The position numbers and the translations under genes are program-made. DNA of 64,000 nucleotides from a virus. Taxonomy: Duplodnaviria > Caudoviricetes. This document shows positions 29,224 through 38,797 of the stretch, one piece after another; the first letter of the stretch is position 1, and every line of letters starts with the position of its first letter. Under the pieces are notes generated by a model, which was given only the letters and a program-made list of their open reading frames with translations, made no database searches and was not told the DNA's origin. The DNA lies in IMG/VR virus record IMGVR_UViG_3300031998_000005, one strand, 5' to 3'.

Positions 29224-29519
29224 TAGACCTTACCCGCCTTCTTGCTGATTTCATTTTCAATCGCCTTGGCATTAGCACGACGGAGCAAGGACAGACGAAC
29301 AGCAAGCGTATCACGATAGTCACGCATAAAGTTGAACTGCTCACAAAGCAGTCCATACTGTTCTTCGCCTACCTTTTTGATAAAGGTATCGCCCAAGTTC
29401 AACGCAGCATTCAAGCGTTCAACCCTGCCTGCAATTTCGTCAAATTCCACTTCAAGAGAAACGATGACTTCGGCAACGCTCTTTACAGGGGTCTTCTTGA
29501 TATTCTTCTTTTTAGCCAT
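29223..29519 (-). CDS. crAss001_48-like helical hairpin protein
   Basis: E..E...RVERL...F......Q..LL.EQ...M..Y...L..RL pattern. Confidence 0.6.
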   Translation of the reverse strand: MAKKKNIKKTPVKSVAEVIVSLEVEFDEIAGRVERLNAALNLGDTFIKKVGEEQYGLLCEQFNFMRDYRDTLAVRLSLLRRANAKAIENEISKKAGKV

Positions 29520-29534
29520 TGTAGTAATCCTCCA

Positions 29535-30056
29535 TTAAACCTTGGATGTTCCTTCCACGCCACGCTTTACACGGGCATTAGTTCTCTTACGAAGCCACAT
29601 AAGGGCTTCTTCAATCTTCGTAATAGCACAAGCGTTTTCACGGCACTTGTATTCGGACTTTTGGAAACTTTCAAGACGGCACAAGACCATACCAAGCAAG
29701 TCTTCATTGGCAACGCCATTCACACCATTTTCCTTGATAGGACCTTCCTGGAAATTCACAACACCGACCACAAGGTTCTGCCCCTTGTGTTCACCTTCGG
29801 TATCGGGCTTGGCTGCGATAACCTTAAAGTGGTGCGGAGCATTGAACTTGTAATCCGCTTCGTGAATAATCATCGTGTAATTCTGCGTTAGCAAGTCGTG
29901 ATTGAGAACCACATAACTAGGTGCATTATTCACATCGGATTTCTTGGCAGCACCTTTCTTCACTGCGGTCTTTGCACCCTTTTTCGGAGTAGCCTTGACC
30001 GCCTTCTTCGGAGCGGTTTTCTTTTCTGTCTTCGGAGCAACTTTTTTAGTAGCCAT
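29535..30056 (-). CDS. tad1: Tad1-like immune-signal sponge with Lys/Ala-rich N-terminal tail
   Basis: NFQEGPIKENGVNGVANEDLL...RLESFQ...CRENACAITKIEEALMWLRKRT..R..RGVEGT closely follows the Tad1 sequence pattern. Confidence 0.8.
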   Translation of the reverse strand: MATKKVAPKTEKKTAPKKAVKATPKKGAKTAVKKGAAKKSDVNNAPSYVVLNHDLLTQNYTMIIHEADYKFNAPHHFKVIAAKPDTEGEHKGQNLVVGVVNFQEGPIKENGVNGVANEDLLGMVLCRLESFQKSEYKCRENACAITKIEEALMWLRKRTNARVKRGVEGTSKV

Positions 30057-30077
30057 TGGTATCTTCCTTTTTTAGAG

Positions 30078-31202
30078 TTAAACACTATACATTCCGTAGA
30101 TAACACCCAGGATAAACACAAAGATTACCCCGATGAAATACATTACGAACCTACTGATTTCCGTCTTCTCATTAAAGAGCAAAATGAACGGGTCAAAAAT
30201 TTCCTTACGCATAGTAAGTTCGGGTCGCTTGAGTGCAGGCTTTTTCACGGGAACACCCGCCAACTCCACGAGAGCCGTATAAATATCCCTTTGGAAATCT
30301 TCCAAGTATTCCACAGGAACACGCTTGACACGTCCGTGCAAATTATCGCCACCGATTTCGCCATCTTGTAGGATTCTAGGTTCTTCGGTATCATCGCCAA
30401 TAAAAACAGTAAAGGTATCGCCACAATAGATACCCTTGTGTGCAGATACCTCCCAAATAGTCGGTTCTACAACCAAGGTATGCGGGCGACACTTATAAGA
30501 ATCCCAAGAGTCACCCAAGAAAGTAGAAAGCACACCACTAGCCGAAGATATTGTCCATATACGGCAAGGCACGATACCATCATTCCCCATAAATCGGGCG
30601 AACATACGACGGTGGCAGATGTCATAGCATTTCTTTACAGCGTGGTCGGCATCTACACAGGAACTATGCCATTCTTCAAACAAAGCACCTACAATCGCCC
30701 TGCCGATATAGAAATGATGGGTTGTAATCGGAATTATCCCAATGTTATTCGGGAACATATTTTCTTCAAGAACGATACCCTTGTTCGGAAGCAGAACCTC
30801 TCTAAAATACGGAGATACAGACAAGCCGTCAAGTATCATAGCCATATACGGACTATCATCATCCGTAATATAAAGAGCCATATCTATCGGAGTGCCTGGT
30901 ATCAAAGTCCACTTGCTATGCGGGTCTTTAACCAATGTAAGAATATACAGGTCATACAAGAAGCCAACCACCGCAGCGGTAGTCCTGCCTGCACCCAAAC
31001 AACCCGCCATAATCACGTCCGTATATTGAGAACGCAACGGGTCTGCATACACATCCTTGAGAACACCCAACCAATAAGGATAGATGTCTTTGAACACCTT
31101 ACCCAAGTATTCGGGGTCTTTTATGAATGTTTCAATATCTACAGGAATAGCCTTCAAGTCCTGTGGTTCTAGGTTTATCATAACTGCTCTCTCCTTGCCC
31201 AT
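30078..31202 (-). CDS. Degenerate terminase-ATPase paralog with C-terminal TM helix
   Basis: Colinear with the N-terminal domain of 39879-41684; Walker A GAGRTT, Walker B ALFEE; no nuclease domain. Confidence 0.8.
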   Translation of the reverse strand: MGKERAVMINLEPQDLKAIPVDIETFIKDPEYLGKVFKDIYPYWLGVLKDVYADPLRSQYTDVIMAGCLGAGRTTAAVVGFLYDLYILTLVKDPHSKWTLIPGTPIDMALYITDDDSPYMAMILDGLSVSPYFREVLLPNKGIVLEENMFPNNIGIIPITTHHFYIGRAIVGALFEEWHSSCVDADHAVKKCYDICHRRMFARFMGNDGIVPCRIWTISSASGVLSTFLGDSWDSYKCRPHTLVVEPTIWEVSAHKGIYCGDTFTVFIGDDTEEPRILQDGEIGGDNLHGRVKRVPVEYLEDFQRDIYTALVELAGVPVKKPALKRPELTMRKEIFDPFILLFNEKTEISRFVMYFIGVIFVFILGVIYGMYSV

Positions 31203-31690
31203 TCTGCAATAAGGATAGCGTCAGCGTCCTTATGCTTGCGAATAACCTTTTCTTGGTCGGGGAACAAACGAAGCCCGATGTCCATAGACGCTTTCTTCAG
31301 TTCTGGGGCACCCTGCACACCTTTAGGCAACAAAGCCCCCTGCCACTGACGGGAGTCAGCATACAGATGGGGGATTCCCAAATCTTCAATGACACACAAG
31401 GTCGCTTCAAGCGAACGGGCTGCTGACACGGATGCCTGGAAACGCATAGGGTTAATCATAGGTCGCTCAATCACAGCAACAATTTCGCTAGAAGCAATAC
31501 CACTACCCATAAGGTCAATGAGCCACTGCTTCAAAGCAAGATGGTCAATGCGAGAAATAATCTTCTTCGCCTTGGTATAACTCTGTTCCTTGATAATCGG
31601 AGTTTCAATGATTTGGGCAGGACAATCGCCTACACAGGCAATAGTTCCCGTAGTTCCGTTATCCACGCCAACATAGATTTTATGTGCCAT
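31178..31690 (-). CDS. RuvC-like Holliday junction resolvase
   Basis: YVGVDNG, AVIERP, QWQ, DADAILIA. Confidence 0.82.
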   Translation of the reverse strand: MAHKIYVGVDNGTTGTIACVGDCPAQIIETPIIKEQSYTKAKKIISRIDHLALKQWLIDLMGSGIASSEIVAVIERPMINPMRFQASVSAARSLEATLCVIEDLGIPHLYADSRQWQGALLPKGVQGAPELKKASMDIGLRLFPDQEKVIRKHKDADAILIAEWARREQL

Positions 31691-31691
31691 A

Positions 31692-32315
31692 TTAACCTAA
31701 TGCCTCATCTATCTGCTTAAAAAGTTCTCGTTCTGCAACCACATCGCCTGCACAATACTGACCGATTTCGTCCGTCCTACCCTGTCGGAAAAGGGATGGA
31801 ACTTCCGAACCGCAAACAGAACCCTTGGGGTCTTCAATGTTAAGGAGCAGGCAAGCGGAGCGTAGCGACATTGATGCACCGCCACCGAAACGCATAAGTT
31901 CCATCGTGTCAATATGCGGAATATCCCACGGCTTCTTTCCGCTGAAATTAAGAGATTTCGGCACATACCTACGCTGTGCCATAAAACGCTTTGCCAAGAA
32001 AGGAATGTCAAAACCCTTAATGTTATGACCAATCAGTATCACGTTTTCGCTGTCAAGGAACGATTCAAGAGTTTCAAGCATTTCTGCTTCTTCTTCTACA
32101 CTCCCTGCCGTCAATACCTTTGGAGCGTCATCACCATAGGCATTGGCATAGGCAACTGCACAAACCATACCAAACTCTGCGTGGAGAGCAGCCATATCTT
32201 CCAATTCCTGCCCTTCCTTGCCAGGGTATTTTGTCGCAGCCCAAATCGGGTAGAACGTGTCCATAATCCCAGGACGGGGAGTAGTTTCTATGTCTATAAC
32301 GAATTTTCTAGCCAT
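31692..32315 (-). CDS. 3'-5' exonuclease, DnaQ/PolB-exo-like
   Basis: IDIET, GHNIKGFDIPFL, HIDTM, YCAGDV. Confidence 0.88.
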   Translation of the reverse strand: MARKFVIDIETTPRPGIMDTFYPIWAATKYPGKEGQELEDMAALHAEFGMVCAVAYANAYGDDAPKVLTAGSVEEEAEMLETLESFLDSENVILIGHNIKGFDIPFLAKRFMAQRRYVPKSLNFSGKKPWDIPHIDTMELMRFGGGASMSLRSACLLLNIEDPKGSVCGSEVPSLFRQGRTDEIGQYCAGDVVAERELFKQIDEALG

Positions 32316-32352
32316 CAGTAATACCTCTTAATTAAGATATAGCAACATACTC

Positions 32353-32715
32353 TCAATTTACAACAACGCCCTTCGGAATAAACACCCGAAGAACTCTCTC
32401 ACCCTGTTCCTTTTCTTTCTCTATGGTCATCCCGTCCTGCGAAGCAATCGCCATTTCCTTACGTTCTTCGGAGAACATACGAATGTCCTTTTCAGCCTTG
32501 TCCAACAGGTCATTAAGTTGCTTAATCCGTTCCATAAGAATAGGAACTGACACGGAAGCGACACACGCCTCCGCAACAACGTGCATATCTACCTTACCAT
32601 CTTGGAGTAATCCATACATACGACCTACGCTCACATCGTAGGTCTCGTTATCGTTAAGCAATCCCCGAATAATCTCAAACGGAGTCTTCTGCGGGTTCTG
32701 CGAGTTCTTGGACAT
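32353..32715 (-). CDS. Hypothetical coiled-coil protein
   Basis: 120 aa ORF. Confidence 0.55.
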   Translation of the reverse strand: MSKNSQNPQKTPFEIIRGLLNDNETYDVSVGRMYGLLQDGKVDMHVVAEACVASVSVPILMERIKQLNDLLDKAEKDIRMFSEERKEMAIASQDGMTIEKEKEQGERVLRVFIPKGVVVN

Positions 32716-33091
32716 TAGGCTTATTACGGGGGATTATGTTAATCTTGTTATTCTTACGCTTTTCGTTAAAAGCACGGAAATCGGAGAAACGGGGTTTGGC
32801 TTCACGGGGAATACCCAACTTTTCTTTGTGCTGTCGGATAGATTCCCAAGAGCGGTTCGGAACAATCTTGCCATCTAGCAAGAGAGCGTCTTCGGACTCC
32901 GTCCACCACCAATTACAGGTGTTCTTACGGAGTTCTTTCCAAGGAATGCCGTGCTTGTGAGCGTAGGATGCCGCCTGCAAGTAAGTGCGTCCTTCGGGAA
33001 CTTTCCCACGCCTTACATCTGCGATTTCGGGTGCAAGCCATCTTTTCTTCGGCACATTTCTTGACATAGCCACCAATTCCTTTGTTCCCAC
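32675..33091 (-). CDS. Basic protein, possibly Myb-like DNA-binding
   Basis: WTESEDALL...RSWESIRQHKEKLG motif. Confidence 0.5.
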   Translation of the reverse strand: MGTKELVAMSRNVPKKRWLAPEIADVRRGKVPEGRTYLQAASYAHKHGIPWKELRKNTCNWWWTESEDALLLDGKIVPNRSWESIRQHKEKLGIPREAKPRFSDFRAFNEKRKNNKINIIPRNKPNVQELAEPAEDSV

Positions 33092-33172
33092 CTTGTCTAT
33101 GGGAAACAGTCTATCGTGGCTGTCTAACGGCTAATATAATAAAATATCACAGAAAAAGCAATAGATTATCTG

Positions 33173-33742
33173 TTATTTTTCATCTTTTTTAGGAACGAGA
33201 TATTCCGCATCGGGGTTCGCCTGCCGAAAATCACGAAGCATATAGGTCATCGCTTCACTGCTGTCAGCGTCTTCGGGCTTGTGAACCTTACCGCAAACCA
33301 CCCGCCCCTCCTTTGATACGGGGGGAACAAAGATTTCTTCATCCTTGAACATATCCAAAAGTTTGGTATGGTTTCGGATAGCCGACCGCAACTGCAAGGC
33401 AACCCAATGGAACGAATCGGCTATGTTCTCCCGCTCGGTAATCTTTTCGGCATTGGTTACAAATTCTTCCAACTTGGATATAAGAGCCGATGTATAAGCC
33501 CATATCGCCCGTTTCAAATCCTTGTCAAGCCCCTGTTTCTTACAGGCATACAAGAAAAGAGCGGACTGCACCCACTCCATTGAACACGGTCCATTCTTCT
33601 CCCGTATCTGTCTAGCCCGCTCACGGGCTTCCCTACGAGCCTTGATATACTGCGATGTTCCCTTATTAAACGATAAAGCCTCCGCAAACTTTTTGGAGTG
33701 CATTGGCTTTCCGTGAATATAGATGTAATCTTTTTTAGCCAT
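33173..33742 (-). CDS. Hypothetical protein
   Basis: 189 aa directly after the portal gene. Confidence 0.6.
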   Translation of the reverse strand: MAKKDYIYIHGKPMHSKKFAEALSFNKGTSQYIKARREARERARQIREKNGPCSMEWVQSALFLYACKKQGLDKDLKRAIWAYTSALISKLEEFVTNAEKITERENIADSFHWVALQLRSAIRNHTKLLDMFKDEEIFVPPVSKEGRVVCGKVHKPEDADSSEAMTYMLRDFRQANPDAEYLVPKKDEK

Positions 33743-33745
33743 CTA

Positions 33746-35314
33746 CTAATCAGTCTGTTTCAGCGGGGCATCCCTACCGCTCATAGACTTGGCATCGGAG
33801 TTATTCACGTCCACGTTAATAATCTGCGAAGCACCCGCAAGCCCGTCAAGCAGGGATTCAATGTAAGCGACATACGCCTTGATGTTCACATACGGAGCAA
33901 TCTTCTCGTTGTTCACAATGCCGTCTAACATATTGAATACGTTGCCAATCACAGTTGCCGAAGCGTCCGCATATTCCAGGCGGTCAAGTTCGGACGTGTT
34001 AATCGCACAATACTGATTGATAACGATATTGCCCGTAACATCGTGTCCATAGGACATCAGCAAATCCGTAATCATCTTTTCAAGGAACATCTGCAACGCA
34101 GCCTGTCCCGCCTTGACCTTTCGGGCATATCGGGCATAGCGTCTTAATGCACCGCCAACCTTGGTTTCATCACGACCTGTAAACACGAACTCGGCAGGAA
34201 TAGACTTGATGTCAAGAATCAAGTTTCGCATATTGTTAATGCGGTCGGGCAGACCTTCCACACTAGCATTCTCGGTAGCACCCAAGGACGCAGCAATCGC
34301 ACCCCTTTGGCTCTGTTGCGGGATTACACGGAGTTTCGTGGCTTCCGCAGCATACATACGGATAGTGTCAATGTTATAAGCCGTAACGGAGTCGCCACCC
34401 GTATTATTTATCGCTTTTTCATACCAGGCTGTAAACTCTTTCAACTGCTCCAAGTCAAGACCATCGGGAGCGGTCACGGACACAAGGGAATTTCGTTGGA
34501 GCGAAGCGTTTATAGAAGCCAAGTCCAACTGCTCAAGCATTTCAAGGGATGTCAGTTTGTCATAGATTTCAAAGCAGAACGGGCGACCAAGACTGCCATT
34601 CTGTGCGATGGTAGCATCCCTAGACTGCAAGGACACATTCATAGCCGACAGGGAATAGCGGTAGCGGTCGGACTGCATATCCAGGCACAGGATTTCCTTG
34701 TTATCCAAAAGGTCAATCTTGTTCACTTGGTCCACCGACAACTTGTAATACATCGGAGTAGCATTAAGACCTTCCAACGAAATCGTAAACACCGACCCCG
34801 GTTGGAACGTATCTTTCAAACCAACAATATGACCTTCCTTATCACGGATATATTCAACGAAATACTGACCATAGAAAATAGCGTCAAACAAAATCTTGGA
34901 GATATACTTGTCCAACTGCGTAGAGCGTCTAAAATTCCGAACAATCTTATTCGCAGCATTGGACTTGTTATACCGCTTGTCTATGGTAATGTCAAAAGTA
35001 AGGTTCGTGCGAGGGTCCACTGCTAGAATATCATAGGACAGCGTTTCAATCATCGCCATCACAAGATAGTTAGACTTCAACGGCTCATACTTATTCACGT
35101 CTTCACGATAGCGGGTAAACTGCTCGTAAAGTTGTGTAAGCAGGCTAATTTCGGTCGCCCCGTTAGCGGAGATTTGACGGATAACTTGGCGGTCGTGTTC
35201 GTTAGACGCAATCAGTTCTTCCACGGAGGTCATACGCCTTCCGATGTCTCGGAAAGTCGTATAGTCCGTAAAAGTGCTTAAAAACCGCTGTATAAATTGT
35301 CCATATATATTCAT
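33746..35314 (-). CDS. Portal protein, T4 gp20-like (divergent)
   Basis: 522 aa; DAIFYGQYF, LEQLDLASINASLQR, IPAEFV, RYARYARKVKAGQ; T4-type protease and terminase nearby. Confidence 0.7.
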   Translation of the reverse strand: MNIYGQFIQRFLSTFTDYTTFRDIGRRMTSVEELIASNEHDRQVIRQISANGATEISLLTQLYEQFTRYREDVNKYEPLKSNYLVMAMIETLSYDILAVDPRTNLTFDITIDKRYNKSNAANKIVRNFRRSTQLDKYISKILFDAIFYGQYFVEYIRDKEGHIVGLKDTFQPGSVFTISLEGLNATPMYYKLSVDQVNKIDLLDNKEILCLDMQSDRYRYSLSAMNVSLQSRDATIAQNGSLGRPFCFEIYDKLTSLEMLEQLDLASINASLQRNSLVSVTAPDGLDLEQLKEFTAWYEKAINNTGGDSVTAYNIDTIRMYAAEATKLRVIPQQSQRGAIAASLGATENASVEGLPDRINNMRNLILDIKSIPAEFVFTGRDETKVGGALRRYARYARKVKAGQAALQMFLEKMITDLLMSYGHDVTGNIVINQYCAINTSELDRLEYADASATVIGNVFNMLDGIVNNEKIAPYVNIKAYVAYIESLLDGLAGASQIINVDVNNSDAKSMSGRDAPLKQTD

Positions 35315-35337
35315 ACCAAAGACCTGTTAAAGTATTA

Positions 35338-37185
35338 CTAGAAGATGTAAGTATTACCCGAAGCGTCAGTTATCATACAGACCATAGAACCCGCAGATGC
35401 CACCATTTCATTAGTAGCAGCCTGCTGAGGATTATAGTAATCTCCAACCAACAAAACATCTTTATTCGGAGCGTCTGCGGGCGTAACGTATTCTACAATC
35501 GGGGTAGATGTGACGGGATTATCACAACACAACATCGCAGCCACCCAATATGTCTGACCCGCAACCATTTCCAAATCAGTATTCAAAGTATATTCGTGCA
35601 GATAATGGACACCATCAATGGTAGCCCCATCCTTATTTCCCCTAGTTATCGTAGCGTCTTGATTATTCTTACGCAGGGCAGCATAACTAAACCCGTCCAT
35701 TATAAGCGGTGTAGGTGCATCTGCCCAATACTCATTAGGACCTGCATAGTTGTGTGTATCTATGTAGGTTATCTTATGAACAACGATATTCTTGGCGGGT
35801 GTGACTCGTTGCATTACGATAGCGTTTTGATAGTTAGACACAGTAGAACCACTACAAATATCTCCAAGAGTCTGTGCAGTTCCCAAAGCATAACTATCAT
35901 AATTCGGGAATGGGTCTTCACTAGGCGGGGCTTCACCCACCAACCTATTACTTATCAGCATAAAAAATCTAGGAACATCCTTCAATTCCCTATGACCATT
36001 GAACCAAAAATTCCTTAAAACCGATACATCAGCAGTTTCCCAATCAACCCTAAAACTACTACCTGTTTCCGCAACATTATCTTCAAATTGAGTAATACCC
36101 GGAATAGTATTATTAAATGCCACATTACACGAAGGAGCAACGGCTAGGGTCAAGCCACTAGCACCCTGTCCTGGGGCATTATCACGTCTATATGCCAAAA
36201 CAGCATAATAATAACGAGAACTCTCTAACCGAATAACAGGTCTATCCCCCGTAGGGGCTATCATATACTTCAACTGACAATGATTTACCCCACTATGCAG
36301 TTGAACTTTTCCCGTATCACCTAGCCAAGAAGTGCTACCGCCCCCATTAGTATCGGGAACGAACTCATAAATACCAAAACAGACATCCCCACTATAAACA
36401 GTATCACCCACATAAACAGACAAGAAAGTAGGGGCTTCTCCATCAACACGCAATTCTTGAGCAATCGGAACTAGAAAAAGTTGTCCTAAAACAACATTTG
36501 AAGAAGGTGTCCACCCCGAAATGGCTGACCTAAAATCAAACTGACCTGTTATTTGAGCAAACGGAAAAGTGCTAGTTATCTTTTGGTCCATATCATCAAG
36601 AAGAACCAACATTTCATCTGTCACATCTAGCACCTCCTCCTTGATAATAATTTGACCCCCTTCAATGTCAAGCCCCTCACCGACTTGCACATCCAAGGCA
36701 TTAGTTTCGGGATTAACATAAAGACCATCACCAGGGATAACACTAATCACGTCATTTTCGTCAATATCTATGGCATCACCCGCAGTATAAGAGCCACCGC
36801 CACCACCATCACGACCATCATAAATCTCAAAAGACTGCGGTCCTTCTGCGGACGTAATAGTAATCTCATAACCACCAGGATTTCCACCACTCGGTTCTAT
36901 TGGCTCAATAGAAATTTCGGGAGAGAACCCATCAGCACCCTGCGGGCCTTGTTCGCCCTGTGGACCTTGCGGACCGGTATCGCCCTGTGGACCTTGCGGA
37001 CCGGTATCGCCCTTATCGCCTTTATCTCCCTTATCGCCCTTTTGACCCTTAATCTTGGAAAGGGGTAATTTTTTGAGTTTATGGCTAGGAACGCCATCGT
37101 CAATCACAACGTAGGATTTAGCATCATACGTTCCTTCGTCCAACATATAAATGCGTTTTACAACGATTTCCTTATCTTTAGCCAT
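35338..37185 (-). CDS. Collagen-repeat fibre protein
   Basis: [40 protein letters not shown]; YTAGDAIDI and VGEGLDI fibre repeats. Confidence 0.8.
   Translation of the reverse strand: MAKDKEIVVKRIYMLDEGTYDAKSYVVIDDGVPSHKLKKLPLSKIKGQKGDKGDKGDKGDTGPQGPQGDTGPQGPQGEQGPQGADGFSPEISIEPIEPSGGNPGGYEITITSAEGPQSFEIYDGRDGGGGGSYTAGDAIDIDENDVISVIPGDGLYVNPETNALDVQVGEGLDIEGGQIIIKEEVLDVTDEMLVLLDDMDQKITSTFPFAQITGQFDFRSAISGWTPSSNVVLGQLFLVPIAQELRVDGEAPTFLSVYVGDTVYSGDVCFGIYEFVPDTNGGGSTSWLGDTGKVQLHSGVNHCQLKYMIAPTGDRPVIRLESSRYYYAVLAYRRDNAPGQGASGLTLAVAPSCNVAFNNTIPGITQFEDNVAETGSSFRVDWETADVSVLRNFWFNGHRELKDVPRFFMLISNRLVGEAPPSEDPFPNYDSYALGTAQTLGDICSGSTVSNYQNAIVMQRVTPAKNIVVHKITYIDTHNYAGPNEYWADAPTPLIMDGFSYAALRKNNQDATITRGNKDGATIDGVHYLHEYTLNTDLEMVAGQTYWVAAMLCCDNPVTSTPIVEYVTPADAPNKDVLLVGDYYNPQQAATNEMVASAGSMVCMITDASGNTYIF
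36937..37048 (-). repeat. Gly-X-Y coding tandem repeats
   Basis: Direct 27 bp repeat tcgccctgtggaccttgcggaccggta plus 9 bp units. Confidence 0.85.
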
Positions 37186-37201
37186 AATAAACCTCAGTCG
37201 T

Positions 37202-37570
37202 TTACTCGTCGTTCAACATAGGGTCGCATACATTATCGGTGTCAAGACCCGAATCCTCGGTAGTATCTAACAATACCGCAAAATTGCCATCTTCAAAACC
37301 GATGACAAACTCCACATCCATATCACGGGCTTCTTCCGATACATTATCGCCTATCACGACAGGCGGGGACATAGCGTCAAAAACGGCATCGCCTATGGCA
37401 TCGCCATTAACAGGTTCTTCCATTTCCATCGGGTCACGGATTGCACAATCTATCGGTTCTTCCTTGACGTGCGTTACAAGGACCGTTTCACCCTTTGACA
37501 CACGAGAACCATCTATCGGCAGATAGACTAAACCCTTAACCCTATTTACTCTGTCCCGCTTTAATGTCAT
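37202..37570 (-). CDS. Acidic hypothetical protein
   Basis: 122 aa ORF. Confidence 0.55.
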   Translation of the reverse strand: MTLKRDRVNRVKGLVYLPIDGSRVSKGETVLVTHVKEEPIDCAIRDPMEMEEPVNGDAIGDAVFDAMSPPVVIGDNVSEEARDMDVEFVIGFEDGNFAVLLDTTEDSGLDTDNVCDPMLNDE

Positions 37571-37634
37571 ACTGCCTTAAATATAAATAAATCCGACCGA
37601 CAAGCAAACAGCGATTTACCCGAAAAGGGCTATT

Positions 37635-38012
37635 TTACTCCGCAAGCGACAAAAGCCTACCCACGTCCTTATCCGTATGCCCGTCAAAATGCTTTGCCCG
37701 TTCAAGTTCGGGGCATTTGAACATATCCCAATCCTTATCTTCATAGTGATAGGAATACGGACCATCGGGGGTATCTATGCAGACAACAAACCACCCGCCC
37801 CCGAAACAAAGTTCCCCATCTTCGTGCCTATGCGATTTCCAGGACAGGTCGGGAAACAGGTTCACGAGCGTAGCAAACAAGACGCACCGCTGTCTGTAAA
37901 GACTATTGAACGTATGAAACCCATCCGAAAGTTCCCCTACATCCGACACGCCCGCCATTTCAGCCGCGGTCTGCATAATCTCTTTCATCTGTTCATCACT
38001 TACTCTTGTCAT
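37635..38012 (-). CDS. WDGH-domain phage protein
   Basis: SDGFHTFNSLY, WKSHRHEDG, WFVV, SYHY, FDGHT. Confidence 0.75.
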   Translation of the reverse strand: MTRVSDEQMKEIMQTAAEMAGVSDVGELSDGFHTFNSLYRQRCVLFATLVNLFPDLSWKSHRHEDGELCFGGGWFVVCIDTPDGPYSYHYEDKDWDMFKCPELERAKHFDGHTDKDVGRLLSLAE

Positions 38013-38797
38013 ACAATACCTAACTTTTGGTCAATGATTTTACGGGTAAGCCCCTCAAGGGTTTCCACTTTCCTGTTTCCCAAGTATGCCCCGATTTCAA
38101 CGCTGAAATCTCGGCAGGGAATATACTCCCACCCATCACGCTTCAAATGGACTAGGGCTAACTCCCCGACCCGCAAATTGGTCATACGCTCTATAAGCAA
38201 CTTATAAGTGCTTAATTGTGCAGAATAGTGGATGTAATTGCAATCGGGCAAACCTTCAAGCGGTCCGATACATTGTTGGAACGGGTTTTCCTTTTTGATT
38301 TCCTTGTTCGTCTTCCAATCCAGGATAGCAATACAATCTTCCCCCCTATCCCAACAAAGGTAGTCAATCGTTCCACACAAAGCCCATTCGGGCTTATAAA
38401 CAATGAACTCATTACGAATAGGCACAAACCGTCGGCACAGACGATTGTAGGCTTCCAATCCGTTCTTCCTAACACGCTCGTAATCGCCAACAGGTTCTAC
38501 GGGCTGATAGTGCTTACGTTTCCACAAGTTCTCCATATAACTATGGACTTGCGTTCCCATAGACGCAGCCTCGTTCTTGTTCTTATCCCACATAGCCTTG
38601 ACATCGGCTACCGCCATATTGTGCTTGACGGCATACTTTTCGGCTATCTTATCCCAATCTTGTTCTTCACAGAACTCGTGGACGAACTTGGTGACGGACG
38701 TGTATTTTGTTCCAAGGGAATCCGTGTAAGTATGAGTTTCTTCTTCAAAGAAAATATCACGGAATTTCCACAATTCTATGTCCAAATCACAGACCAT
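38009..38797 (-). CDS. PD-(D/E)XK exonuclease
   Basis: Likely start ATG 38797; SVT, GTQVH, CGTID, ILDWKT, YSAQLSTY. Confidence 0.85.
   Translation of the reverse strand: MVCDLDIELWKFRDIFFEEETHTYTDSLGTKYTSVTKFVHEFCEEQDWDKIAEKYAVKHNMAVADVKAMWDKNKNEAASMGTQVHSYMENLWKRKHYQPVEPVGDYERVRKNGLEAYNRLCRRFVPIRNEFIVYKPEWALCGTIDYLCWDRGEDCIAILDWKTNKEIKKENPFQQCIGPLEGLPDCNYIHYSAQLSTYKLLIERMTNLRVGELALVHLKRDGWEYIPCRDFSVEIGAYLGNRKVETLEGLTRKIIDQKLGIV

Noticed and set aside
30078-31202. Terminase split by an intron/intein, or a pseudogene
   Set aside because: A complete TerL exists at 39879-41684; this ORF is intact, highly diverged and has a new TM tail
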